64,000 bases of DNA from Phycisphaerae bacterium (GTDB taxonomy: Bacteria > Planctomycetota > Phycisphaerae > UBA1845), in NCBI GenBank assembly GCA_963666835.2, contig CAXXGO010000003.1:352001-416000 (forward strand). The letters are read 5' to 3'. The first letter of the stretch is position 1, and every line of letters begins with the position of its first letter. The position numbers and the translations under genes were made by a program. Of this stretch, positions 31,648 to 41,295 are shown one piece after another. Below the pieces are notes generated by a model. The model was not told where the DNA came from, made no database searches, and worked only from the letters and a program-made list of their open reading frames with translations.

Positions 31648-32112
31648 GTTGTAAGTTGTTGTAAACAAAGCAGTTACTAAAACAAAGGCGGAGCCGGGGG
31701 TGGAGTGTGCGCGGTGTTTTCGGCCGCTACGCGATGGCGGTTCCCGCTCCTGGAATGCGCATAGCAGCCACGCCCACACTGATCAGGAGACCGCCGAAGG
31801 TCACCGTCACTTCAGATCAAACAGGCCCTTATGGCCCGCTTGGCCAGACCAGCCGATTTCGTAGAGTCGAGCGTGGGCCGTGCCGATGTCGAGTCGGGCG
31901 TGGACCGTTTCAAAGCCTGATACGCGTGCTCGGTAATCAAACTCGCGTCAGACACTGTCCGACAATCTACAAGTGAACTGGTTCTCTCTTCACCTGTTGT
32001 ATGTCCACACCCGGAAGTGACGGGGCTACGGCTCGCGGAATCTCGCGACCCCGGACGGCGTTCGTTCGGTCATGAACGGACGGGTCTAGTCAGCAACCTC
32101 GGAGTCAAACGC

Positions 32113-34882
32113 ATGTTGAAGAACCTCACAATCGGCAAGAAGATCGGCCTCGGCTTCAGCGTAGTCATGCTTCTGCTGGCCTTGGTTGCGGTTCTTTCAT
32201 ATACCGGGGTCGGCGGAATCGTGATGAATGCCGGAGAAGTCATCACTGGTAATAAGCTCGACGGCAACTTGGCCCAGAAAGAGGTGGACCACCTCAACTG
32301 GGCCAACAACGTCATTGCTCTGTTGACCGACGAGAATGTCACCGAGCTGTCCGTTGAGACGGACGATCATCAGTGCGGCTTCGGCAAGTGGTTATACGGC
32401 GAGGGCCGCAAGGAGGCCGAGAAACAGATTCCATCGATTGCCCCGATCCTCAAGGAGATCGAGGGATACCACGCACACTTGCACGAATCTGCGATTGAAA
32501 TCGGGGACCACTTCAAACAGGCCGACGCGACGTTGCCCGGCATGCTGGCAGCCCGCGAGGCCGATCACCTCGCATGGGCCGCTGAGATCAACAGGCTGTT
32601 TCTGGAGAATCTCCCCCAACTCGAGGTGACGACCGATCCGAACGAATGCGCCTTGGGCAAGTGGCTGGCGAGTTCAGAAGTAGAACGGCTCGCCGCTGCC
32701 GACCCCGAGTTCGCCAGTCTGCTCGAAGCCTTGAAGAAACCGCACGCTCTGTTGCACCGCTCAGCCGCTGCAATCCAAGACACGTGGAAGCAACAACACA
32801 AGGGTCTCATCCACACATTGCGGGAACGGCTGGACGATCACCGCAGGTGGGCGGCCGGCGTCGGCGAGGCGTTGCTGAGCCACAAGGAAATCGACGTCCA
32901 AACCGATCCGACAAAATGCGCTTTCGGCGTTTGGCTCGCCGGCGAAGAGTGCCGCCAACTCTGCGTGAACTGGCCGGAATTCAACGAGATCATCAACAAA
33001 GTCAAGAGGCACCACGCGGACCTCCACGAGTCGGCCGTAGGTATCCGGGAGCACACTAAGTACGCAGAACTCGCCGCAGCCCAAGCAACCGAAAAGCAGA
33101 TTAGCGAAGAATGGAATCGGATCGGCCGGCGGGTTACCACGGCTCTGGAAGAAGGGATGGTCAGCGTTATCGACCCTGCCAAGGCGAGCGCTGAGCAGGC
33201 AAGAGACGTTGCCGCTATGGTCTCGTGGGGCGCCATCGACATGCACATGAACGAGGCGATCATCGCCCCGTTTCTGCAGGCCCGCTTGCTGGCGGCTACG
33301 GCCACCACGCCCGAGCAGTGGCGGGCCTATGACGAGCAGTTCCGACAGGTTAGCGACGGCCTCGCCGAGTGGGCGACGATGATAGACGGCAAGGATAGCG
33401 TAGCGTTACAGCGAACGGCCCAGGCGGTCAGGCAGGCACTCCAAACATGGCAGGAGGCTACTTCCTCGTATCGAAGAGCGCAGGAGGAAGAGCACCAGTA
33501 CGCCGCTGCCTGTGAGCGGGCTCGGGAAATCTACAGAACCCAAACCCTGCCGGCGCTCCACGACGTCGCCACCCCTGTTCGCAAGCGCCGTCGAGATGGA
33601 GAACGAAGTTGTGGCGCAAGGAGAACGCGCCAAGGACATCTTCCATAACCAGACCATGGTGGCCCTGAGCGATACCCGCGCGGCCATCCACAAATGCCAC
33701 GACCATGCTACGTATGCTCTCGAAGGCATGAGGCACGCTGACGAAATCTACGCGAAGAGCACCAAGCCTAATCTGGAGCAAATCCAGATGTTGCTCAACA
33801 AGGTGCGGGCCGAGGTGAGGGGCAACGTAATGACCGATGATGCCATGCTCGCCAGCGCCCAGAACACCAAGCGAAACGTCACGCTCGTAGGGGCGATTGC
33901 CATTGTCGTCGGGGCAGTCTTGGCGTTTATGATCTCCCGCGGGATAAGCACCTCCCTGAAAACCATCATCACGTCTCTGCGCGACGGAGCCGATCAGGTC
34001 AACGATGCCGCCGGCCAAGTATCGTCCGCCAGTCAGGAACTCGCCGGCGGGGCGAGCGAGCAAGCCTCGTCGTTGGAGGAAACCTCCAGTGCTCTCGAGG
34101 AGATGGCGGCCATGACCCGGACGAACGCCGAGAACTCCAGACAGGCCAACGAGTTGAGCAGTCAGGCGTGCGACGCCGCCCAAAACGGCGACCGCACCAT
34201 GCACAAGCTCAATGAGGCCATGATCGGGATCAACGAATCGTCCGACCAGATCAGCAAGATCATCAAAGTAATCGAGGAGATCGCCTTTCAGACTAACCTT
34301 CTGGCGCTGAACGCGGCCGTCGAAGCCGCCCGCGCGGGCGAGCACGGTAAAGGCTTCGCTGTCGTAGCCGACGAAGTTCGCAACCTGGCCCAACGCGCCG
34401 CCCAGGCAGCCCGAGAGACAACCGGACTGATCGAGGATTCGGTCAACAAGGCCAAAGAGGGCACAAACGTTGCCGATGACGTGGGCAAGGCCCTCGGCGG
34501 CATCGTGAATGACATCACAAAGGTCACCGAACTAATCAACGGTATCGCCACAGCCAGCGAAGAGCAGGCCCAGGGCGTCGATCAAGTCAACACGGCCGTG
34601 TCTCAGATGGACCAAGTGACCCAGCGGAATGCGGCAACCGCCGAAGAATCCGCTTCGGCGGCCGAAGAACTCAGCGCCCAGGCGGAATCAGTCAAGGGAA
34701 TTGTGCGGGAGTTGGCGGTCATGGTTGGCGAAGATAGTCACCAAAGCAGTGGCCGCTCGCCACGTCCCCGCCCGCATGCGTTCCCCCGCAGGTCCGGAGC
34801 CTCGCCCAACAGCCCGGTGATTCCTTTGGGAGAGGAACCGCAAGGCACCGAGGTGGAGGATTCGACATTTGCCGGTCTGTAA
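32113..34882 (+). CDS. Methyl-accepting chemotaxis protein with three CZB domains (one frameshift at ~33573)
   Basis: TM1, three HxxW..CxxGxW..HxxLH motifs, TM2, then [34 protein letters not shown]; removing one C from CCCC 33572-33575 joins the two ORFs. Confidence 0.88.
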
Positions 34883-35176
34883 GCGAGTGTAAGACTACGA
34901 AGAAGAAGGTCGAGCCGGTCGTCGTCGCTTATGTTGATGCCGCGGGACCATGCGAAGGCGCGGCGGTAGGCGGCGGCCCACGAAACCTACCGCAGCATCG
35001 GCCGATGTAGGGCATGGTCGAGGTACGAGACCTGCCATGGTCTTCGGACGTCACAGACGTCTGTGGCCGTATGGGTCCCTCACCTCCAAGGGTGTCCTTG
35101 CGGTGAGCGTGTATGACGCGATTTGAGCGACCCGGTATCGTCAGCCGTCGACCGATGGTGGTCTGGAGGACGGCTG

Positions 35177-35617
35177 ATGAGATCCAGAGGGACAGGCACG
35201 CTCCCGGCTCGCCTCGAGGCGGGTCGGCGGCGTTTTGAACGTTGGCGTCGGACCCGTGAAGGCCGCTCGCGCATTCCGGATCCGCTGTGGAACTCGGCGG
35301 TAAAGCTCTCCGCAACGTACGGGATTCACCGAACCGCCAAGACGCTGCGACTCAATCCCGACTCGCTCAAGAAGCGCGTGGCATCTGCAAACGGCGATGG
35401 CTCGCTTGGGCAGAGGAAACCCCGACAGAAGACCGCCGGGCAGGAGGCAGCCACGGCTTTCGTTGAGTTGGTGTCTACTGAAGGCACTTGCCCGCCCGAG
35501 TGCATCGTCGAACTGGAGCATCCTCGCGGGGCGAAGATGCGGATCCACGCCAAGGGCAACCAAATCCCGGACGTGGTGACGGCGGTGAGCCAGATCTTCT
35601 TCGGCGCCATGCCATGA
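35177..35617 (+). CDS. tnpA: IS66 accessory protein TnpA-like
   Basis: HTH-like N-terminus, FVEL..VELEHPRG.KMRI C-terminus; GGAGG RBS; ATGA coupling to tnpB. Confidence 0.75.
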   Translation: MRSRGTGTLPARLEAGRRRFERWRRTREGRSRIPDPLWNSAVKLSATYGIHRTAKTLRLNPDSLKKRVASANGDGSLGQRKPRQKTAGQEAATAFVELVSTEGTCPPECIVELEHPRGAKMRIHAKGNQIPDVVTAVSQIFFGAMP

Positions 35618-35976
35618 TTCAGGTCACACCCCAGATGCGCATCCTGGTGGCCGTCGAGCCCGCCGATTTTCGAAAAGGCATAGATGGCCTGGCCCGGCTG
35701 TGCAAGGAGGAGTTGAAACGCGACCCGTTTTGCGGCTGGGTGTTCGTATTCCGCAATCGACGGGCCACGGCTGTGAAGGTTTTGGCTTATGATGGGCAAG
35801 GATTCTGGTTAAGCCATAAACGTTTGTCGAGCGGGCGGTTTCGCTGGTGGCCCGTCAGTAAGACAGGGGCGAGCAAGACGCTGGAGGCGCACCAGCTGCA
35901 CGTCCTCCTGTCGGCGGGCAATCCCGACGCGGCGCAGGCCCCGGCGGCATGGCGGCGAGTCAACGCAGCATCTTGA
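35614..35976 (+). CDS. tnpB: IS66 accessory protein TnpB
   Basis: EPADFRKGIDGL, DPF.G.VFVFRNR, KVL.YDGQGFWL..KRL..GRF.W. Confidence 0.93.
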   Translation: MIQVTPQMRILVAVEPADFRKGIDGLARLCKEELKRDPFCGWVFVFRNRRATAVKVLAYDGQGFWLSHKRLSSGRFRWWPVSKTGASKTLEAHQLHVLLSAGNPDAAQAPAAWRRVNAAS

Positions 35977-36005
35977 GAGCGAATGAAAAAACTCGGCCTT
36001 CGGGC

Positions 36006-36034
36006 TTGCGTTCTACTTTTGACCCTGCTACGCT
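36006..36034 (+). promoter_or_regulatory. Putative internal sigma-70 promoter (leaderless DUF4338 mRNA)
   Basis: TTGCGT-17nt-TACGCT with extended TG; ATG 6 nt downstream, no SD. Confidence 0.5.
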
Positions 36035-36040
36035 GCGGTC

Positions 36041-36913
36041 ATGGACGTGCTGCGGTACCGAGGCCGGGTTGTCACCGACGCCGACGTCGCCTTCATTGGT
36101 GACCTCATCAGCGCGCATCCAACCGCCACGCGGCGGGCACTGTCCCTGAAGCTGTGCGAGGCCTGGAACTGGGTCCAGCCCAACGGCGTTCTGCGGGACA
36201 TGGTCTGTCGCGGATTGTTGCTGGCGTTGCATCGCGCGGGCCACATCGAGCTGCCGCCGGCGCGGAAGTCCAATCCTCTGGGGCCGCAGCGTCGGACACC
36301 TTCGCGCGCGACGCTCCGCTGTGATCCCATCGAGGGGCGACTGTCCGACATCCTTCCGCTTACCATCGCTCAGGTGCGACGCACCGGTGATGAATCGCTG
36401 TTCGACAGTCTGCTTCAGACCCACCACTATCTGGGCTACACCCAGCCGGTCGGCGAACATTTGAAGTATCTGATCTCGACAAATGGTGTTCCGGTGGCCT
36501 GCCTGGCGTGGTCCTCGGCGCCGCGGCACCTGGGTCCAAGAGACCGCTTCATCGGTTGGTCGGCCGACAGCCGGCGGAAGAACATCCGCTTCATCGCTTA
36601 CAACCTCCGCTTTCTGATCCTGCCGTGGGTCGAGGTCCCTCATCTGGCCTCGCACATTTTGGGTCGCATGGCCCGGGTGTTACCTCAGGACTGGGAGCGG
36701 ATCTACGGCCACCCCATCTACTTCCTGGAGACCTTCGTTGATCCCCAGAGATTCAAAGGCACCTGTTACCGCGCGGCCAACTGGTTGGTTCTGGGGCGCA
36801 CCACGGGCCGGGGCAAGGACGACCTGACCCACCGGCCTAACCGGTCCATCAAAGAGGTGCTGGGCTACCCACTCTCGAAGCATTTTCGAAAACGATTGTG
36901 CCACACCGCATGA
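36041..36913 (+). CDS. DUF4338 (DruA-like) domain protein
   Basis: HHYLGY, GEHLKYL, RDRFIGW, N.RFLILPWV..PHLASHIL, DW..YG, ETFVD..RF.GTCYRAANW..LG.T.GRG. Confidence 0.85.
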   Translation: MDVLRYRGRVVTDADVAFIGDLISAHPTATRRALSLKLCEAWNWVQPNGVLRDMVCRGLLLALHRAGHIELPPARKSNPLGPQRRTPSRATLRCDPIEGRLSDILPLTIAQVRRTGDESLFDSLLQTHHYLGYTQPVGEHLKYLISTNGVPVACLAWSSAPRHLGPRDRFIGWSADSRRKNIRFIAYNLRFLILPWVEVPHLASHILGRMARVLPQDWERIYGHPIYFLETFVDPQRFKGTCYRAANWLVLGRTTGRGKDDLTHRPNRSIKEVLGYPLSKHFRKRLCHTA

Positions 36914-38628
36914 AGAAGACCATACCCATTGAGAAGATCGCTATGAAAGAACTGGAATCCATTCTGCAACGCGCTGAGACGGCTCCGCTGGATGCAAAGG
37001 ACCGCGCGAAGCTCAAGGCGGTGTTCGAATCCTACCTTCACCTGACGGACCTAGTCGAGGACAAGCAGATGACAATCAAGCGTCTACGGCAGATGCTCTT
37101 CGGCGCCGGCACCGAGAAGACCCGCGATGTGATCAAGGAGGAGGAAGACGAACCCGAGTCGCCGCCGGCGACGGGCGGGGATTCGCGTGCCCCGCCGGAG
37201 AAGACGGGCGAAGAGGGCTCGGAACCGCAGCAGAAACGCAAAGGACATGGGCGCAACGGCGCCGACGCCTACACCGGCGCTGAGAAGATCAGGGTGCCTC
37301 ACGAATCCCTCCAGCCGGGGGATTCGTGCCCGGCGTGCAAGAAGGGCACAGTCTACCAGATGAAGAAACCCGGTGTGCTGATCCGGATTGTGGGTCAGGC
37401 TCCGGTGGCGGCCACGGTCTTCGAGCTTCAGAAGCTGCGCTGCCATCTGTGTGGCAAGGTATTCACGGCCGAGCCGCCCGAGGGAGCGGACGAGGAGAAG
37501 TACGACGCGACGGCAGCGAGTATGATCGCCCTGCTGAAGTACGGAAGTGGGTTACCCTTCAATCGATTGGAAGGCCTGCAGGGAAACCTGGGCATTCCTC
37601 TGCCGGCCTCGACCCAGTGGGACATCGTCCGCGACACCGCCGAGATCATCCAGCCGGCCTATGATGAGCTGATCCGGCAGGCTGCCCAGGGGGAGGTGCT
37701 GTACAATGACGATACCACGATGAAGATTCTGGAACTGATGGGGAAGCGGGCTACCGCCAGAGCCTGTGCCGAAGCTGAAGGCGAGGACGAGGGCGATGGC
37801 GCACCCGAACGTGCGAAGAACGTACCCAAGCGCTCGGGGGTGTTCACCTCGGGCATCGTGTCCACCCGCGAAGGGCGCACGATCGCGCTGTTCTTCACGG
37901 GGCGGCGGCACGCTGGGGAAAACTTGGACGAGGTCCTGGCCCACAGAGCCTCGGAGCTGGGTGTGCCGATCCAAATGTGCGACGCCCTGTCGCGTAATGC
38001 GCCCAAGGAATTCGAGACCATCCTGAGCAACTGCCTGTCCCACGGCCGGCGCCAGTTCGTCGATGTGGTGGAGAACTTCCCGGACGAGTGTCGCCACGTG
38101 CTTTTGACCCTGAGGGACGTCTACAAGCATGATGCCATCGCGCAGAAGCAGGACCTGACGTCCGAAGAGCGCCTCCGCTTCCACCAAGCTGAGAGTGGCC
38201 CGCTGATGGACGACCTCAAGGAATGGCTAACCAGGCAACTCAAGGACCACCTGGTGGAGCCGAACTCCGGTCTCGGCGAGGCTATTACCTATATGCTCAA
38301 GCACTGGGACAAGCTGACGCTCTTCTTGCGTAAGGCTGGGGCTCCGCTGGACAATAATGTTTGCGAACGAATTCTGAAGCGGGCGATTCTTCACCGTAAG
38401 AATGCGATGTTCTTCATGAGCGAAAACGGTGCCCGCGTGGGCGATCTATTCATGAGTCTGATCCACTCCTGCCAGCTTTGCGGCGCCAATCCCTTCGATT
38501 ACTTGACCGAGCTACAGAAGCACGCGGCGGAACTCACCTCCGATCCCGCGACGTGGATGCCCTGGAATTACCGGGACGAATGGAAGAGGCGAAACGTGGA
38601 CACGGAAACGGCAGTGGGATATGTCTAA
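36910..38628 (+). CDS. tnpC: IS66 DDE transposase TnpC
   Basis: Leucine zipper, CPAC..CHLC zinc finger, DDT, MCDA, C.SHGRRQF, LDNNVCER.LK, NPFDYL. Confidence 0.93.
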   Translation: MKKTIPIEKIAMKELESILQRAETAPLDAKDRAKLKAVFESYLHLTDLVEDKQMTIKRLRQMLFGAGTEKTRDVIKEEEDEPESPPATGGDSRAPPEKTGEEGSEPQQKRKGHGRNGADAYTGAEKIRVPHESLQPGDSCPACKKGTVYQMKKPGVLIRIVGQAPVAATVFELQKLRCHLCGKVFTAEPPEGADEEKYDATAASMIALLKYGSGLPFNRLEGLQGNLGIPLPASTQWDIVRDTAEIIQPAYDELIRQAAQGEVLYNDDTTMKILELMGKRATARACAEAEGEDEGDGAPERAKNVPKRSGVFTSGIVSTREGRTIALFFTGRRHAGENLDEVLAHRASELGVPIQMCDALSRNAPKEFETILSNCLSHGRRQFVDVVENFPDECRHVLLTLRDVYKHDAIAQKQDLTSEERLRFHQAESGPLMDDLKEWLTRQLKDHLVEPNSGLGEAITYMLKHWDKLTLFLRKAGAPLDNNVCERILKRAILHRKNAMFFMSENGARVGDLFMSLIHSCQLCGANPFDYLTELQKHAAELTSDPATWMPWNYRDEWKRRNVDTETAVGYV

Positions 38629-39211
38629 ACGCAGCTCGAAGAAAGCGGTCAAACCTCCCAAGATAGCGGACCCCGGGCAACGGCTGCGCAAGGCGCTGGC
38701 CAGGCGCACGAAAGGTGAGCTGATTGATGTTCTCGTGGAATTGGCCAGTGATGATCGCGCAGTTCTCCGGCGGTTTGCGGCACGCTTCGAACTACAGGCT
38801 CCGCCCAAAGAACTCTTGGTGATGACCCGTCAAGCGATTGCCGACGCTACCGCCTTCGACGAGCGGGACGCCAATTACAACTTCAGCTACGACGACGAAG
38901 CATACCGTGAAGTGCAACAGAATCTGAACCGCTTGATCGAGCTGGGGCATCTACGGCCGGCCATGGAGTTGTCGCTGGAGCTGATGGATCAGGGAAGCTA
39001 CCAGGTCGAATCGAGCGATGAGGGATTGATGACCGAGGACATCGAGGCGTGTTTCGGTACGGTCCTGAAAGCCCTCCGAAAGTGCGACCTGCCGGCAGCC
39101 GAGGTGATCGCGTGGTGCGCGAAGATGCTCAAGACTGACCGCGTGGGCTTCATCTGCGATCAGGAGCTTCACACGCTGCGACGGCGATTCGAGGGCACGC
39201 CGTCGCCATGA
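38621..39211 (+). CDS. Hypothetical helical passenger protein inside IS66
   Basis: 196-aa ORF overlapping the tnpC stop and ending before the right IR. Confidence 0.65.
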   Translation: MSKRSSKKAVKPPKIADPGQRLRKALARRTKGELIDVLVELASDDRAVLRRFAARFELQAPPKELLVMTRQAIADATAFDERDANYNFSYDDEAYREVQQNLNRLIELGHLRPAMELSLELMDQGSYQVESSDEGLMTEDIEACFGTVLKALRKCDLPAAEVIAWCAKMLKTDRVGFICDQELHTLRRRFEGTPSP

Positions 39212-39368
39212 CCCGCCGCCAATTCCCCAGGTGGATGTCGAGTCCTGAAAGCCGACCGGACCTCACATCGTGATGCCCGCCAAGCAACGGCCCGCGTCTT
39301 CCCCCCACCACGAACCGCGCGCCACAAAACCGGATCATACACGCTCACCGGAAAGACACCTCCAAGGA

Positions 39369-40043
39369 GATGGGCCACCCGCTCAGTACCGCGACCGTTA
39401 GGGAGCCGGCCCGACGCTACGATCGCATCGGGCGGGTCGCTTACGCTCGCCGTACTGAGTGCGCAGGCTTCCTCGCAGGGCAGCATCGGCGGATGTAGGG
39501 CATGGTCGAGGTACGAGACCTGCCGTCGGTCTTCGCGCGATGGCGGTGACGCTCCGCCGGCCCATCCGGACGGGAATACGCGGGGCCAAACCGCCCCCAC
39601 GGGTTCCGCTTCGCTCCACCCGTGGCTACTTGCCTAGGTCCCTTCGGGACGAACTATCGCACGACCGCGCCAGCGTCCTTCGCGTAGCGCTGGCATCCTG
39701 CCGGCAGCATGCCGGACAACGTACGAACTCACACAATTCCGCCACCGCCAACGCGATGGGCCACCCGCTCAGTACCGCGACCGTCAGGGAGCCGGCCCTA
39801 TACACCACTCGCCAAGGGCGGGTCGCTCACGCTCACCGTACTGATTGCGCAGACCTCCTCGCAGGGCAGCATCAGCGGGTGTAGGGCATGGTCGAGGTAC
39901 GAGACCTGCCGTTGGTCTTCGCGCGATTCCGGCAACTTTCCGCCGGCCCTTCGGGACGGGCGTACGTGAGGGGGATTCGCCCCCACGGGTTCCGCTCCGC
40001 TCCACCCGTGGCTACTTGCCTGCGCCCCCTTCGGGGCGAACTA
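39369..40043. repeat. Tandem ~386-bp-period composite REP repeat (2 copies)
   Basis: GATGGGCCACCCGCTCAGTACCGCGACCGT at 39369 and 39755; both units carry GTAGGGCATGGTCGAGGTACGAGACCTGCC (third copy ~35007) and CCCCACGGGTTCCGCT.CGCTCCACCCGTGGCTAC. Confidence 0.85.
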
Positions 40044-40084
40044 CCGCACACCCGCCTGACACGGTGAGTGCCATTGCGCATATG

Positions 40085-40648
40085 CTACTGCTCGGTAGTT
40101 AAAGCCCGCTTGGGATCGATAGCCACGCCGCACTCCGAGCAGACGCCCGTAACGTTGCCGGTCAGGTCGTAACCGCAGGCAATACACAAACCACGTTTGC
40201 GCCGACGGCGACGGCGAAGTGGGCCGCGGATGAACGTGACGGCCGGGTAGGCCGCCAGAAGACATGCGACGCCCCACGGGAACCTGGCGGACATGTAGAT
40301 GGACAGGTGCCATCCACACGCCCGACTCGGATAGACCTGCACGTTTAGCCCAACAAGTCGTTCGAGGCGTGAGGCCAGCCTGAAACCTTTTGCAGAATCC
40401 ACGATACCGTGAGAGCAACATTGACAACCGGAATACAAACAGTCCTCATTAGCCTCCAAGGCTGCCACCCCGCCGCGCAACACATCAATGGAGCAATACC
40501 AGGGCGAAGGCTGCAAACCACTGTAATACGGCCCCAACCACGGCGATGCACAAACCAGAAACGCGCCGAGGCACGCCATCGACACCGCCCCCAGCGTCAA
40601 CCCGACGATAACGGCCACGCGGAACATCCTGAGGATCTTGCGAATCAC
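40085..40648 (-). CDS. Variable membrane protein with C-terminal Zn ribbon (array member 5)
   Basis: GTG start VIRKIL in GTGA overlap; FIRGPLRRRRRRKRGLCIACGYDLTGNVTGVCSECG. Confidence 0.75.
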   Translation of the reverse strand: MIRKILRMFRVAVIVGLTLGAVSMACLGAFLVCASPWLGPYYSGLQPSPWYCSIDVLRGGVAALEANEDCLYSGCQCCSHGIVDSAKGFRLASRLERLVGLNVQVYPSRACGWHLSIYMSARFPWGVACLLAAYPAVTFIRGPLRRRRRRKRGLCIACGYDLTGNVTGVCSECGVAIDPKRALTTEQ

Positions 40649-41295
40649 GAGGAAACCGCCCTTCCACACTCCGAGCAAACACCCGTGACGTTGCCGGTCA
40701 GGTCGTAACCACAGCCAGTGCATCTTCCGTTGCGCACGCGCCAGTAACGATGGGCTGGTCCGCGAAGGAACACAGTGACCGGATAGAGCGAGAAGACCGT
40801 AAACGCCATCCATATAGGCATCTTCACCGACCATACGGACGTCTGCTTGTTTGCCGCGAAATCCCTGTCTTCTTTGGTGAGCCCGAATCGCCAGCCGGCT
40901 GCGGGAGGCTTCTGGGCATAACACAGAAACTGAAAACCAAGGCCCTCAAGGTCGTGCGGACGGAATGTGGACTCGCGATCAACCTCTACGAACAACCCGA
41001 GGGCAGCATTACCATTGTAGGATTGAAGACACATTCGCCTGCCTGGACCGAGGTCCATGCAACGTCGGTAGCCCGGTGAAACATGACCCGCCAGAGCGTT
41101 CCGCCATCCGGTGGTCAGCCCAACGCGTTGGTGCCACCGAAAAAGCACAAGGAGCTCCCTTCGCATTGAATACGTGGTTCCCCAGCGCTGCGAGTCGTAG
41201 TTGATCGACGTGGCCGTGCTCGAACCCAGACGCCACAGCCAAAGGCACCCCACAGCCCCGAGCACACACCCGAACAGGATGGTCTTGCGGATCAC
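40645..41295 (-). CDS. Variable membrane protein with C-terminal Zn ribbon (member 4)
   Basis: VIRKTIL start; FLRGP..RNGRCTGCGYDLTGNVTGVCSECG. Confidence 0.78.
   Translation of the reverse strand: MIRKTILFGCVLGAVGCLWLWRLGSSTATSINYDSQRWGTTYSMRRELLVLFRWHQRVGLTTGWRNALAGHVSPGYRRCMDLGPGRRMCLQSYNGNAALGLFVEVDRESTFRPHDLEGLGFQFLCYAQKPPAAGWRFGLTKEDRDFAANKQTSVWSVKMPIWMAFTVFSLYPVTVFLRGPAHRYWRVRNGRCTGCGYDLTGNVTGVCSECGRAVSS

Larger units (their letters stand above)
35092..39359 (+). mobile_element. IS66-family element, 4268 bp, five ORFs
   Basis: 25-bp terminal IRs GTGTCCTTGCGGTGAGCGTGTATGA / TCATACACGCTCACCGGAAAGACAC (2 mismatches); 8-bp target duplication CTCCAAGG at 35084-35091 and 39360-39367. Confidence 0.92.

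Noticed and set aside
31937..31965. Sigma-28 promoter for the MCP
   Set aside because: TCAAA..TCCGACAA deviates in sequence and spacing; too weak to call.
33560..33590. Programmed frameshift or phase variation in the MCP
   Set aside because: Only a C4 run, with no slippery heptamer or long tract; a homopolymer error is simpler.
36041..36913. Complete Druantia defence system
   Set aside because: No DruE-like helicase or other dru genes; DUF4338 lies within IS ends.
34990..40043. CRISPR array
   Set aside because: The 30-bp repeat occurs three times at irregular, long spacing with similar flanks; no cas genes.
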